From assembly GCA_000934665.2 (NCBI GenBank), contig JYFJ02000984.1, positions 1-64,000 of the forward strand: 64,000 nucleotides of DNA, written 5' to 3'. The translations under genes were made by a program, and so were the position numbers. Origin of the DNA: Catajapyx aquilonaris. Taxonomy: Eukaryota. The notes beneath the pieces were generated by a model, which was not told the origin of the DNA, did no database searches, and was given only the letters and a program-made list of their open reading frames with translations. Below are positions 1-14,513 of this stretch, piece by piece. Each line of letters starts with the position of its first letter. Position 1 is the stretch's first letter.

Positions 1-814
1 ACTTCCATGAGTCGAACTTCCCTAAGTCGAAGTTCATGTTGGCGAGTACGGAAAATTTTCTGATTTCCCAGCCGAAGGGTCGAGAGTATAGGCCACAGGC
101 ACAGAAAGGCTCAATTTCCTGATCTCCGTCTGCCAGACATTACCGAAAGAAGTGTTTGACTCGATTGTGACAATTGAATCCTTGAATCTAAGAGTAGGCA
201 TATTTACAATAAAACAATGAGGTACATTGTATGTGTGATAGTGACAGTTATTTTTAAGTTTTGAACAGCTTTCCTCGCTGGATATAAAGGTAGGTTTCCT
301 TATAGAGTTGTGTGCTTTAAAAAAAATCCAAACTTCTCTAACTCGAATCTTCTATATCCTCCTCAGACCCCTGGTATCACCGGTTATACCTCAGGTTTAA
401 ATTTATTTAAATTTTCAGCCTTAATCCATTCTGCTTTTGTAGCAGCAATTTAGTCCTAATGTTCTCATTGGTTCTTTGTCATTATTTTTGTCAATATTTA
501 CTTTTCCCGGTCCTATGAAGATTCGACTTATGCTGTAGAAGTATCTGTATCTGTACATCTGTGATTATTTTCACCGAGATCTGAGAAGATGTAAAAAGAT
601 TTCGGCTCACTTGATTCGGAAAGTAAACCGGTCCAAACTTTAAAACGATATATCTCAAAACCCAGCGCTGATGGGGCACAACGGGAATCAGCGCCACAGA
701 CATACCCTAAAATCGGTCTAACCTTCAAGGCACCCAAGATAAATATTCAATTTTGTTGGCCTGTGTAATCATGTAACCTGTATTTGTAATATTTAATAAA
801 ATGACCTTTTCTTA

Positions 815-1110
815 CTGTTTTTAAAATTCTTCCGGCCAAAGTTTGGATCTGTGATTACACCCACACCCTCACGTTTAAAACAAGTTACTTACGAGCATTC
901 TGGGGTGATTTCGAGCCAAACTGCTCACTCTGGAGTGAAATGTCGATGTTTTTGTCACATAGGACCTTTATGCTTGTTAAAAACCATGTTCCGGTCTTCG
1001 GATTTCTCAGGACTTTTAGTGTCTTGTTCAGGGGGTCGAATAGTACCTCTGTACCAATTTCCAGCTTTACACGAATTTTTTTTGGGTCAAAACCTAAAAT
1101 GACTGGGCTA
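815..1110. mobile_element. Probable terminal fragment of a DNA transposon (Academ-like end)
   Basis: Ends in GACTGGGCTA (reverse complement TAGCCCAGTC). A similar TAGTCCGGTCA occurs at 4491. TAG...CTA termini are typical of Academ. No partner TIR or TSD confirmed. Confidence 0.3.
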
Positions 1111-3680
1111 TTACGGTGAGGAGGAGAATGAACAACCTCCTTAGCTTTACTAGATCAGGCCATATGTGAAACCACAGCACACGAGATTTTCCAGCACTCA
1201 CTCCCTCCTTCTCACCACTCTTGTCCCATCACCTTCAATAACATGATAATTTACCAGAGCTCCCTTCTATTTATGGAGCAGAAAATGACATTGGTAACCA
1301 TTGAAATACAACAACTTTTTCCAGGAACGCCCCTTATTTATTATTTGGGCGCTATACGAGCTCGTATGTCTTGCTGCTCGAACATCAAGAAAATGGTACC
1401 AGCCATATTCATTTAGACAAGCCTCGTCAATGACAGAAGAAAGAGTTTGTGTTAACAAAGTATTGGAAGATCTGAACATATCTTGACTCAACATTTTTGA
1501 TTTACTGTATCGTACACCATATGTTTTGGGATTTAAAAAAACACCCACCCATCATCACCACTGCACTGCACGGTTATGATGTGGATTGTTCTCTTGATTA
1601 TGGAAGCTGTTATTAAAGGAGAACCGTCTTTTGGAATAATAATAAGGAGTTCATCTTGAGACTTGCCATTCACCCTGCGTCCCTGCCTGTAGTTGTTTTG
1701 AATACCCTGATTATCACCCTTTGTACAAAGTTCATCTGTCAACATACTTTACAGTCGGTTAGTGTTCTAACGTGTGGTAAAAGTTGGACATTATTCTTAA
1801 AATGCCTTAATCGCAACAATCTTCCGAGTATTTATTCATTAAGCATAGATGCAATTTATAGATGGAAATCCATCCAATAGCTCTGATATGACTAATGAGA
1901 TATTCTGTAATTTACTATGATTTATGACTAATGATATATGGTGTGACTAATGAGATTTACTACCACAACCAACCCGGCGGACTGTACTGTTTTAGCTGGT
2001 TTCTTCCGTAAGCACACGATAATTTAGACCCCTCGAGGCTTCTTCACGTGGGAACTTTGTCCATACAGTACTCTGTGTCGTCCTAAGGTGTTGTCCCTTT
2101 ACCATCCACCTTTAGAGGTACTTCTTACACAGAGCCAAATGCATGTGTAGGAGACGGGCGAAAATTGTGTCGATTTTTGTTTTTTTCACAAAATACGCTT
2201 ATATATGTTGCAACTTATGACAGGATGCATACTGTATGTCTTACCAAGCAAATCCATGCATCGGTTTTCTTGGTGGGCAATGTTGACACACTGTCCTTTG
2301 TTTACATGGGTCGGCTTTATATGGAATTGGCGTCGCATGTGCTGGCTGCAACAACAACTTGCCCAGCAGTCGTAGGTTGTGTTTTATTTACAGATCTAGC
2401 AATACGTCGCAGGACAAGTCACTGTGAAAATGCTTATTTTTATAGATATGTGGTATTTCAAGCAGGTCATTGGGGGAATATTATTATAGTCCGAGTCTTC
2501 TCTTGCTACCACTAGTTGACTTTGTTTTGTCACATTTCGTTCTACATCACTCACACTTTAATCATCCTTCATCGAATATAATGAACATCATATTGTCGAA
2601 GGCAACATGCCTCCATCTTCTGAACTTGGGTCGGTCCTCTTCCGGTCAAATTTTGTGTCGTGATGAACCGACTTATTACTCCTACATTAGGATATACGTA
2701 TTATTAAATTGCTTGTTTTGTCAACGTGTGTCAGTTCCTGTGAGACTAATGAGTTGTGGGGAATATTATTATATTGTATTAATTGCACTTTTTACACGTC
2801 ACTCTGTGGATGGTTGAATGTTTTTGCATTTGTATTTGCATTTGTAAGGAACAATGGGTGTATGATACACTCTTTTTTGTAAGCATTGATGTTGGCTCAT
2901 AGTTTAACTCAAGATAATTATGATGTCGGCTGCTGCAGTTGTATATCAAGGTACTCTTTTCCTCTGGAGAATGTTCCACATTTTCGATATGATTCTACTG
3001 TAATAACATGGGCCTTGGCGAACATCATGGCGAGGTGAGTTTGCGTGCGTATATGAATGTGTCTCACGTCTCCTTGTGACATATAGCTACTGTATCATGG
3101 CGCAGTGCTGTGATATTCCTGCTCCATAACTTTTAGTGAGGGAGGAGGCAGAAATTGCCATACAATATTGTTTACCACTATGCGACATTAGAAAATCTTG
3201 AGCATCAGAAGCGCCTGACTAGTTAGGAGTACGGGGTTGAAAGAGGACTGTCGGACAATACTGTACGGTCTGAGGATCTCGTCTCTCTCTCTCTTCTGAT
3301 TATCTTCCGCATGATGATTGCTACGGTGCTTCGGGGCAGGTCAGTAGCTATCATGATGACCAGCTGCTACTGCGTCGAACCGATGAATGGTGCTGCGTTG
3401 AACAGATGCTACTACGGCACTGTCACCTGAGTTGCTTCTCCTCTGCACACCACGGAAGTTGACTGTGAGTACACAAGGGGTCCCACCAGGTATCCTTGTG
3501 CAACAGGTTCACTTCTCTGTGCAGGTACAAGTATCTCGGTCAGGCGATGGGACTTGCCTCCCTCCCTCCACAAGCCATCTTTAGTTATGATTCGTCCTCG
3601 CAGACCGGCGGGGAATTCCACAGGTGAAGTGGGCAACATACTACACAGAAACGTAGAAAACATACACTCTCACACACACG

Positions 3681-4011
3681 TTTTTTTTTTGTTTTTTTTT
3701 AAATCCGGGTAGTGCGTGACCTCATCTGAGGTATTATAGCACGGATCTTTATTTTATACTCATACATACATCGGAACCTATATACGTATCGCCCGGGCCC
3801 ACGGGCAGGATGACAGGAGGGTATGTGCCAGGTGCAGTGCAATGTCTTTATGTGGCCATTTTTAGTGAACTCCCCCGGGTGGTTTAGTCTGTGGAAATAC
3901 CACCCGAGACGAAGCCAGAGGTGACCCAATGAACTCTGCACGAGATGAAGGGGGTGTGTCCCCGGGCTGGGATCGACGCATACGTTACCGCAGCACCACT
4001 CCGCCTCCCCT
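3681..4011 (-). mobile_element. Degenerate tRNA-derived SINE-like element with poly(A) tail
   Basis: Minus strand starts GGGGAGGCGGAGTGGT (A-box-like), has GTCGATCC (B-box-like), and ends in an A-rich tail (T runs at 3681-3700). No clear TSD. Confidence 0.45.
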
Positions 4012-5599
4012 ATCACAGTACGTATTGGATTCGGGGAACTGTAACCTCACCAATTAATCTCAGCATTTGCACGTTGCAGTCGATCCACTGGAACTGAGGT
4101 CCTACTTCCTTCCCCCAAGTTGCTTTATTGCTATTTCTTCACGTATGAGCGGTGAATCCCTGTTCCCATTGATCCCGTAAACAGGAACAGGTGACTTTTT
4201 GGAAAAAAATTTGTTGCCTTGCAGTAAATCCGGCGCTGGGCAAGGGGTGCCTTTGTGCAAGGGGTGGTATTTTTAGAAACCTGGCCTATTATAATCAGGA
4301 GATGATTGGAGTGAATTAATAAGTGCTGAATTCCGTTGGCGGGGGCGGAGGGGCGGGACGTCATCATCCGAATTTTCAATAATTAAAATCGAGATTGGTG
4401 GCAGCTAGAGNGGGGGGGCAAGTTAACGGACGTTAACGGTGTATGTACCAACACAGCTCATAGTCCGTAAAGTTTTGGGATTATGACATTAGTCCGGTCA
4501 TTAAACAGAAATATCCTATGCAGGTTCAACTAAATTCTTTCAAATGGTTTCTCAACTGATTTCACCACTTTCATACCTCCACTAAGCAAAAAAAAAGTCT
4601 ACCGAAATCTGACTTGTGGAAATACCTGAAAATGGAATATGTCAAATCCAAGTAATGACTGCCAAGACTGTCAATAATGCTCTCTGGAAAAAAAAAACAC
4701 GGTTACAAACCGTACTGCTGAATATAGGGTGTATAGTACAGTATATCGATTTGTATATGTTTACGAGGGAGAGGAAACCAAATATGCAACTGAAAATGTG
4801 ATTTGACATCATCTGACGTCACAAAATGGCCGCCAACAAACCGTCCATGGAGAAAACACTTAATGTTATATTGGTTATTTTATGGAATATACAACTTAAA
4901 ATGTTACTTGACCTCATGACGTAAGTGTTTCACCTTAGCTCCTCTTGACCTGGAAACTTGGACAGTACACCAGCCGATGTAACTATGCCAGTTATTGGCA
5001 CTTAATGGTGTGACCGCACTTAAGCGGCGACAAACAACACGTGGGTGACTTGTACTCACATCTTGCTTTATTGTAACGTCAACAATGAACAATCGTATAG
5101 GTTATGACAGAGGAGGAAGTGGTGAACGGAAAAGGAGTGGACCCCGGTGTGTCCTGCAAGGACACACTGAAAGACCTCGAGTCAGTCTCAGTCCCACCTT
5201 ATATAGTCAGGAAGGCCCAATGGCTGATGGGAAACCTGAGACAGCGAGAGCAACCCCCAATGGATGATGGGAAATGACCCTGAAGGGTTAACAAGTCCGA
5301 TTGGATAAAACAGGATGTTCACAATGGCATAGCATATGGTCAGTGACTAATCTGTGGAAGAACGATATCAGAAACGAAGATAGGACCAGATGTTGATTAT
5401 TTTCACATCGAATAAAATAACGGTAGTATAAAGTAGTTATAAATATATTTCAAGGAACAATCATTTTAATACAAATGAAACTGAAAAACATAATCATGCT
5501 GCTATTGCACAATTGTTTTGATACAGTTTAAAATGCAATGAAGTATTGAACGATACTCCCTGGAACTTGAAGCAACCTTTTCGGTGAACTTAGAAGCAC

Positions 5600-6240
5600 G
5601 TTCACAATTCAGATGTGAACCATCCTTGCAACCGCATATGGTTGCAATGGCCTTATTACCGGATATCTCAATTTCCTCACGCTTAACATATCCGCCTTCA
5701 TGAATAATTCAGCGAATTTCTTGAGAACATGGTATTTATTTAGAGCTGAAGGTTGTCCTATGCCATATATAGGGTCTCGATGTTGTATCACATCCGGACA
5801 GAGCATGTATAAAGAGTAGGGAGTGACTGAGGTCAGGATCAAGTTCCCTTTTCAGGATGGATATAATTATCTATAAGCTTTGTGCTAGTTTGGAGATAGA
5901 TGGTCTCATGGTTGCTGACCGATAATAAGTGGTGTTGTAGCAGAATGAAGAGGTCCGTGTCATCCCCTACAACTACTACAGGCTGTGTCAGAGCTGTTTT
6001 GCAAGCAGTCATTGCAATATCATAATCAGCATCACCAGATGAGTGAGTGACTTGCATGCCTTCATGCTTCATGATCTCGGATCCCAGGAGATGAAGGCAT
6101 TTCTGCTTGTTGCTTGTGTTTGCCAGAAATGTCTTCTTCTTCTTCATTTTGAGCAACATATCTGGAGTGAAATCCACATTCACTCCCACCTCTCCTTTGA
6201 TGAATCTCATCTTTGGTAGAAGTCTTGCTAATCTAACACA
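5600..6240 (-). mobile_element. AcademX-like transposase relic (XPG/FEN1-like nuclease region)
   Basis: FLANTSNKQK...SSGDADYDIA...VVVVGDDTDLFILL in ORF 5839-6318. A shifted frame gives LFIHALSGCDTTSRP...GIG (H3TH-like motif). Frameshifted. Confidence 0.75.
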
Positions 6241-7436
6241 TGCAAGGTTTAGCTGTGAATTATTACCGAACACAAACTGTTGATGATATCGGTCGACACG
6301 GGTGTGGACCGGGCGCATCCGGAGACATCACTCAGGAGCCCGGATTGTGGTTTGCTTTGGCGTGTGCTTTGGTGGCTTTGGAGCAAGCTAGGCTTTGGTG
6401 TGGTGAACAGTATTTGATTAATAGGCATAAGCCGCGGAACGATGAAATAAGAAGCATATGCCAGAATGTGTGGCTGAATTGCAACCATAAGTTCTCATAT
6501 GCATTTACATAATATCATGTGTTCCTATATCTTTCGTTTATTGGTTGAATTTTTCTGCCATTTTGTTCGACTAATGAAAAGGCGAATGCTCATATTTGTG
6601 GCTCGGAAATTGTGTGTACCGGGTATACTTCCTAAAGTAGAGGAAATACGCGGCGATACTTCAGCAATGTTCATTACAGCGCCAGTATTACACAGGAGGA
6701 ATTCACCCAACGCCGGTAATGTTGTAAGGGGGATGAAAGTCCTTTTAAACTCTTATTAATATATTTGAAGACTGGATTCTGTAAGAAATGACCACGAATC
6801 TCTGCCTTTCTGAATTGGTTGGGCTGCTTCAGTGTTTTTCCTACAAAATGTCTAATTTGCAATTTGTCTTGTCATTGTACAGTCCTCTACATTCTAATGC
6901 AATGGAAGACTCTTCCGATGGTACATTTAATAAGTGCAGGACACAACCAGTAATGATGCCGCGATAATTGCCATAACTTAATAATGGTCGTATTGTGTTA
7001 TAAAATGCTCTATTAAATTATTGGGCAAATTGCACACCGACCTGCAAATGAGTATTTGCTTCTCCCATTTATTTTTATTGGTTATTTTATGCAACTCATT
7101 CGTAATTAATTCTTGACTGTTGGAAATTACAAACTCCTAAGTGCACCAATATTTACGGAATAGTGACAAAATTTGGCAGAGTCATTTTCCTTCTCTGCAG
7201 TTACTCCCACAAAATACCTTAATTATTCATCATTGGATTAATATTTAATAACTTAAACTCATTCTTCTTGCATATTTCGCCTTCTGCGTATAAGCCCTTT
7301 AATACTATGATCTTATCCATCCTACGAGTATGTACTCTGGATCCTAAATTAAAGTTACGTCGCGAAATGGCCTCTTTTGGTCAGCTTATTGCATTGTCAC
7401 ATTATCCGACATGGTCCGAGCATGAGGATAATAGAC

Positions 7437-7438
<2 letters not shown>

Positions 7439-7497
<59 letters not shown>

Positions 7498-7750
7498 GAT
7501 ACCCCGTGATAGGCCCCTTGGGCCTCTTAGGGGATCATCTTTTGAATAACCGACTTTAATCATTTGCCTGTAATGTGATGGATTTTGATAGTGGGAGGAA
7601 ACGGGAGAACCCCGAGAAAACCCACGCGAACACGGAGAGAACCCATCGAAACTCTATCCACATAAGTATCCTCCGTCCGATCCGGGGATCGAACTCGGGA
7701 CCTTAGAGGTGGAAGGCTGTGGCGCTAACCACTCCGCCACCGTGTCGCCC
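7439..7750 (-). mobile_element. Full-length V-SINE-type tRNA-derived SINE with (TTA)n tail and 16-bp TSD
   Basis: Head GGGCGACACGGTGGCGGAGTGG...GTTCGATCC (A and B boxes). V-domain-like GTTCTCTCCGTGTTCGCGTGGGTTTTCTCGGGGTTCTCCCGTTTCCTCCCAC. TSD TGAGGATAATAGACAA at 7423-7438 and 7751-7766. Confidence 0.9.
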
Positions 7751-9874
7751 TGAGGATAATAGACAACAATATATTATCGATATATGCATGTTAATGCTTC
7801 TGCTCAGACATTATGTAGATCAGAAATGGTGTTACTTTAACACACATGACTAATTCCTGCTACTACACCGCTTCATTGGTCCCGATGTCGCACGTAGTAA
7901 TAAGTGTCTGTCAAAGGGAACGTCAGCTTTGTCAGAGTCGTCGGGTGATATCCATGTTATCTTCTTCCTTGTCCCGGCGACACAGCTCCGCAGCTGAAAT
8001 GGTGGCCTCAAGACTTCGCTCGTCCGGATTCTTCCTCCGCTCCTCGTTGCCTCTGGTCAGCGCCTAGCTAGTCTATATTTCGCCTTGCTGTTAGACCCCC
8101 AAGTCTGGAAACTCTACCCCTTTTATGCGGTGGGTTAGACAAAGGATCATGGGACTGAACCCAAAACGTAATTGGAAGGATGGTTCACTGGGATGATAGG
8201 AGGGTTTGTGTAGTGGAAAGCTTGACTGACAGGATAAGTAAGGAATGAACCGGACACTTTGGCCCTATCGATCAGAAATTCAAAGCAAAATGTGTGAACA
8301 ATGAATTTATAATTTTACAAAATATGGACGACTTTATGAGGGGGCCTACTTACTACTTTGCTATAGAACACTGGTTCCAGGTTGTGTGAAGGATTTCAAT
8401 TGTTGTGGGCCAAAAGACCATAGCCAGTTTGCAGACTGGGACACGTTTTCTTCATTTTCCTTCGAAAATTATGCGAGTCGTGTTTGGCTCAGTGTGAGCG
8501 GTTTTTACTCACAGTCAGTGGTATTCATTTATTCAAAATGTGCGTCTAAAGCAAACCCATATTTGATTGCAGATTTCACTCACTCCCAGCACGGTTTAAT
8601 TGCTTTTGTAGCACTCTGGTTGACTGGGATGATTTTCACTGAAGTTAGAGAACTATACTAATTTTCCATGAGTTCCAATTTTGGGTCTTCCATCACGAGA
8701 TACTAGTAGAGATGGTTTATTCAAGAAATAGCGTTCATAAGTTCAGTTACACACTTTTCCCTCCGGACACCCTACATTGTAGCCTCCGTTTTAGCGCGCA
8801 TTCAGGACATCAACATTTTCCTTGATCTTCTGGATACTCTGGTTCATTAGCAGAAGTTTTGTGTCAATGGCGGCTTCAAGGATCTGCTTAAGTTCATCAT
8901 TAATTGATTAATTGACTATTCGGGACTAAAATATTCGAAAATATTTGAAGGACGGAGTGACTCTGCTATCACATTGTGAAGCTTGAGAAGAATGCAAAGA
9001 AACTGGTTTTAGCCCAAATTCATGGCATGCATATGCACCCACGCTGCGCTGCTGTTTTCAGACGATATTATCATTGTGGTAGGCTTTACTTGGCCGCATC
9101 AATTCTATGCACTTGTCTTATTTTGTTGTCTTATAGCTTCTGGATGATGTTTTTCAATAATGGTAGTTATGACCTTGCCAATTATTTGCTTCATTGCATT
9201 TTAACGAGAACCTACTCGTAGTTGTTTAGCTTGGTTGGGAATACCTTTGTGATTTTAATTGGTTTCAAAAGTAAAAGTAATCATCATATGTGAGTTGGGG
9301 GCACACCAGGTTATGTTGTGCTAGAGAGAGCTGCAGGCTCAGTCTCTTTCCATTGCGCATACTCGTGACTCAGTCCTAGTGTGTTTTGCTGATGAGACGA
9401 CACGTACGACAGCATCGGCAGCTTCATTTTGTCCAGCGCAAGAGTGATTGAAGTGTAGATTATTGTATGAAGATATCGACAAAATAATTCGGTTTCCATA
9501 CCCGATTGCGTTCGTGTGTCACATTTCAAATCGCCTCAGATGACTACAGGAATACGTAAAATAAATTTATATCGTGTACATGCTGGTACATAGGCTGGTA
9601 CATAGCTGTACGTAGGTTATTTTATCCAGAAGTGTTATTGTCATCACAGGTGGCCAGTTTTATCATTCGATAACATACTTTGCTAACCTGTGTCGTTATG
9701 CATTCCATTATAATCCTTGGTTTTCATGAAGCGGCACGTTACGGCCAAGTAGAGTAATAATTTATTATTTCTAGACATGCAGAACTATTTTTGAAGTAAT
9801 ATACATAGTTTGTTGGATAGTTGGACATATCTGACTTTACACACTCTTTAAGCAATAGTAAGTGGTTGATAGAT

Positions 9875-11510
9875 TTATACAGTGGTTGCCGTGTTGTTGT
9901 TCGCGCATCTGTCTTGTTCTGCTCCCCGGAACTGGGCCAGGATGACCAAGTAGGTTGCGATCGATGCCGTCATCTAGTAACAGTCGAAATGTAAACATGA
10001 AGTTTGTGACATTCAGCTTCCGGCTGTGCATCTTACCGATGTCAGGAGGCTCCGGTTGATGGGGAAGAAGCTGGCGGAGGTGATTTCTACTGGGGGATCG
10101 CTCATTGCGTGCACCAGAGACAGGACCTTATAATAAAGGCATGGTTGGCCATGGTCATTATGGACATTAATGTGTATATGTGTCGTATCGTTATAAGCAG
10201 CAAGCATTTATTCCGTTTAACGTCGTCATAATGAAAAATATACTACGTAATTTCATCAGTGATTTTTACACGTGATTTTAAACACAACTCCCATGTGCCA
10301 ATAATTTCATTCCAATATTTTTTCTTAATTTTTTGACTAAGCAACTAATATTTTGGAGTGGAAAAGTAATGTGTGTGGTATTACAAATGACTCTTTCGGT
10401 CAGTCTATAGGAACACTGGCATGGACTCGGATCAATTCACCTGTGATCTACATCTTGCAGTCGTCAACCGAGAGAGAATCCGGATCAGGACCCTCCGTGA
10501 TGCGGATGCCTGCAATGGTAAATAAGTACAACTGTGTACAACTGAGGTGAACAATGAGAGACACTCACCTGGTTGGGTATTTGACTCAAGACGATTGTGA
10601 AAGCAGCAACGGAAGTGGCCTTACTGACTACCAGGACTATGGTTATGGCGCTGTCTGCTGCCTCGTCCTCTCTCTCGAAGCCAGTCGTCATGATGTAGTG
10701 TATGTTGATGGTGAGCGACGTGAAGGAAATGAAGTAAAGGGTCAGAAGTGGCAGGCCGTACAGCCCACTCACTCTGTCCACCAAACCAACAATTTCAAAC
10801 ATCGCTTCAGAAACACGCTTCGTTTCAGCCTCAAACCACTTTTCATTTCTGCGGGCTGCGAACTCTTCACACGCGTTGTGGATGACCGCGTTGGCACCTT
10901 TCAGAAGCTCCGTGAGATAGCTTGCCAGAAAGGCGAGTTGGGCCGGTACGATGCCGAAGAGAATTTCGCTGTGCCAGCCACACAGAACGAACATGAAGGA
11001 CGTGGGATGTAGGGTAACGTCCAGGGCTATTACGTCGTTCAAGGAGGAAACGGCCAGTGCGGAAGCGGTTGTGACGCACGTGGCCGCGTAAATCACTGCG
11101 CGTCGGTGCATCTCGGTGGCATCAACTGCCACATCTACGCGCGACACGTCCTGCAGAACGCTTTTAATGCCTTGAAGCCTTGCCTGGATGAAGAGGAAGA
11201 CGAGCCACGGCCCGCATCTAGTGATGGCATAGTAGGTCGTACAGGACACTCTTCCGGTGGGACCGTAAGTGGCTAGCTGCAGCAGAGGGGCCGGCATGTA
11301 GAGAGCGAAGAACACCACGTACGTCACCAGAACGGACACGTGGACCAAGCAAGGCCATCGTCGCCACCATCTCTTCTTGCTGGTGTCTTCCTCAATGGAA
11401 GGACACGGGTGCTCCAGTACTGCGACGACGACACTGAGCAACGCCACTGGTCTGAACGTGTCGAAAAACACGGTTGGCGGCTTGGATTTGGGTGAAATGT
11501 CTCGATTCAT
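9875..11510 (-). CDS. Gustatory receptor GR1 (about 399 aa). Exons 11510-10569, 10509-10441, 10126-10037, 9973-9875
   Basis: Long hydrophobic first exon, three phase-0 GT-AG introns, 90-bp penultimate exon (VLSLVHAMSDPPVEITSASFFPINRSLLTS), terminal exon MTASIATYLVILAQF matching the GR TYhhhhhQF motif. Confidence 0.92.
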
Positions 11511-12319
11511 GCTACGACTGGGAGGCTTCGAATGTCTCACTGAATGGTAGAATATTATTTATGTACTTGGACAAGGCTTGAAATGCCAACATTGGTCAAG
11601 TGGGTGTGGGGCTTTCATCTAGCTTTCGAATGTCGGATCGATTAATAATACACGTCCGTCAGCTGGAAAGGACAACTGAACGTGGGACAAAGAGACAATG
11701 TGAAAGTAATTGGGGCGGAATTTATTGACATGGCCCACTTTTATGTCCATACTGTCCTCAAGTATGTAACATTTGTGCGGGATTTACCGTATTGATGGTA
11801 CTTGGTTGATGGTTAAAGGAAAAGCTGAGCTGCCTTCATTTTTGAGAGAGCCAGATAGTTTTAGCTGCTTTGGCTCAAATGTCCATATCCTTTACGTAAA
11901 TACTGTAGCTTGTTATTCGGCATTCGTCGTCTTGGTCACGTCTGAAATGTTCCATCTGCCATTGTGATCTAGGCGAAAGCTTGATCATGCGTATAAAGGT
12001 TCTGAATACATTTGGCGACATTTTGCATGTCATAGAATGCTATGAAATTGGCTTCGGAGAAAAGAGGACTTTTTATAGTCCCACATTGTTGTCAATGATG
12101 GACTATGCAATTTCCGGATTGGATGTCTCCAAATAATGGTTTAAATATTCTCCCAGGCGTGGATATAGTGGTGCTAGGGTAATGGCAGCTTCAATCTCCG
12201 GGTGTATCGCAGGTTATTGGCTTCCTGGTGGTGGTGAATAGAGGTGCCTGACAGTCCTTGTTACGTTGGGTAAGGTTATAATTTCTTTCTACCAGCATCT
12301 TCATAACCTCTGTGGAGTT

Positions 12320-12690
12320 GTGTTTGGCAGCGCGTGCACCGCCCTGCCCCCGTAGTTGTGGGCCTGGTTCAACTGATCAGGATTCTTGTCCAGAAGGATC
12401 TCGCACCCTTGTACAGAGCCGGCCTGTGCCGCCATCTGCCAAGAAGTCTCTCTTCGCAGGGTTTGCTCCGACTGCTTTACCGCCTCGATGAACAGTCCGG
12501 AGCAGGCCAAGTACATGGGCGTTTGTCCGTCCGTCTCTCTCATGAAGTTGATGTTGCCATGACGCTGAACCAGCTCGAGGATGCTGGATGGCCATGAAGG
12601 ATGGTGTTGCCGTCAATGTCTGGCTCATCCGTCTGCTAGGAGATCTTGGACACCCTGCCGGGCATTGTCGATGGACACTGCCCGCAACCC
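12320..12690 (-). pseudogene. Frameshifted ankyrin-repeat fragment
   Basis: Ankyrin-like segments in different frames: DIDGNTILH, ETDGQTPMYLAC, MAAQAGSVQGCEILLDKNPDQLNQAHNYGGRAVH. Stops and frameshifts lie between them. Confidence 0.7.
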
Positions 12691-12706
12691 CCCCGCCCCC
12701 CCAAAA

Positions 12707-12708
<2 letters not shown>

Positions 12709-12763
<55 letters not shown>
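12709..12763. repeat. (AAT)n microsatellite
   Basis: Pure trinucleotide run; explains the poly-I and poly-N ORFs. Confidence 0.95.
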
Positions 12764-14513
12764 CAAAACCCTTTGGGACAATATGTTCGTGTTGCTGTAG
12801 GTGTAGGCTTTCCTGCTTGTAGATGTGAGGCCCCAATCAAGACCCACAACTTTCCAGATTCCACGGCGATCCTTCTCACCTTCGCTGCTAGTAACGTGAG
12901 GGATCCATGTCAGGTCGGGGTCTACGTGACTGGCAATATTTCTAAGAATCTCTCTGGCCCACGATTAAGTGCCATAATATTGTAATTCTGTCTGACACCT
13001 ATTCCATATTGATAGCAGACTGTGTCTTTGGGGAGCAGTAATTTTTCTGTCAATGAAGTCCCCCGGCAACGGCATATATTTTAGATCATGATCATAAGTA
13101 AAAGCTACAAATATGTCAATAAAAATGCATCAGTATTTAACTCTGTCAGTTTCTGAGGCACAACTTTCGATTAGCTGCGTGAGTCAAGAACAATGTACTG
13201 TTAATATTCTTGATGACTGTGGACAAGCCCATCCTAGAGTCTCATCCCTGATGACAGGTACTTTTGACAGAAATACGAATCAAGGCTTGACTGAAAGTAT
13301 CTGGCCTAGATGTGCCTTTGCAAAGAAAAAAAACTATGCGTTGTTTTACATAATGTAGATTCATATCTGCAAGGCGCCAGTAGGTTTCGGCGTGTACTAC
13401 ACATGCATATGAGCTGCTGCCGTTGCAATAATTACCGAATTGTGGCTGCCTTCTTGATGCCTGATCCGCTCTGTCCATGGAATCTTATACACGTACAGTA
13501 CGTGTGTAATGCCATTTCCATATTTTTAAATTTTGGGATGAATAGGAACCTGGGTCTGGAGGACAGTACTTTCACTAGTAAGTGAATTTGTGGGGCAGAT
13601 CAAGTTTAATTAGGGGCGTTATACTGACATTAAATTGACTCCAAGTGAATCTGCGTAGCAAGGATGATTGATCGTCGCAAGTGAAGAGGTTTATTTTAAT
13701 TTAATTTAATTTTTACATTTTTTACATTTGTCCTATATCCTTGTCACTTAGTCATTTGGTCCAAGTGTTGATTAAACATCCATATATGAAAATTTGCCTT
13801 TCGTATTAATTTTTATTTAATATTTTTATGCAACTTCTTTGAGGATGACTGAGCCGAATCCTTGGTTTCCTTTCAGAATGCTGGATATTATTTGGACCAT
13901 AGATATCACACCACCGTCATCTCATATAGATACAATTCTTTGCAATCTATACGTCGACTTCTTTGAAATGTGTCATGCAAGTAAGCTGCAAATTATTGTT
14001 TACATAAATGCATCACAGAATTGGGCTTGCTAGTCGCAACATTGCATCAGATTCTGTATCATTGGACTACAATCACAGCGTGGGTCAGGTTCATGTGTGA
14101 TCATGCAACATTCATGACTAGAATCCGATCTGCTGCTGTGATGTCCTTAAGTCTTAAGATGTTGTTTGGAACATATCGAAGTGCTTCATTTCAGTGTGTG
14201 CAGTTTATTCTCGTCTGCATTATTTTGCCTATTTGTAACGTTAGTATTTTATGAAAGTTATAAGCAGAATAGAAAATCAGGTTAATTATGATTATCGTCA
14301 CCATTTTTGCATGCAAAAATGGCAGTGATGTACTTCATACGCTGCTTGGATTACCTGTATCACGCAAGTGTAAATGAAGAACGTAATCCTCACAAGAACC
14401 TGTATCAATCAAAGGTCGGTCAATGTTATAAAAGTAGGTGGCACGCACGTCCCTTTTCTTATCGTCTTCTCTCCTGGTCAATACAATGTGTGACTTGTCT
14501 TATGTCACCCCAT

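Noticed and set aside
5072..5407. Solo-LTR-like segment (also about 7830-8256)
   Set aside because: TG...CA ends are possible, but there is no TSD or matching copy.
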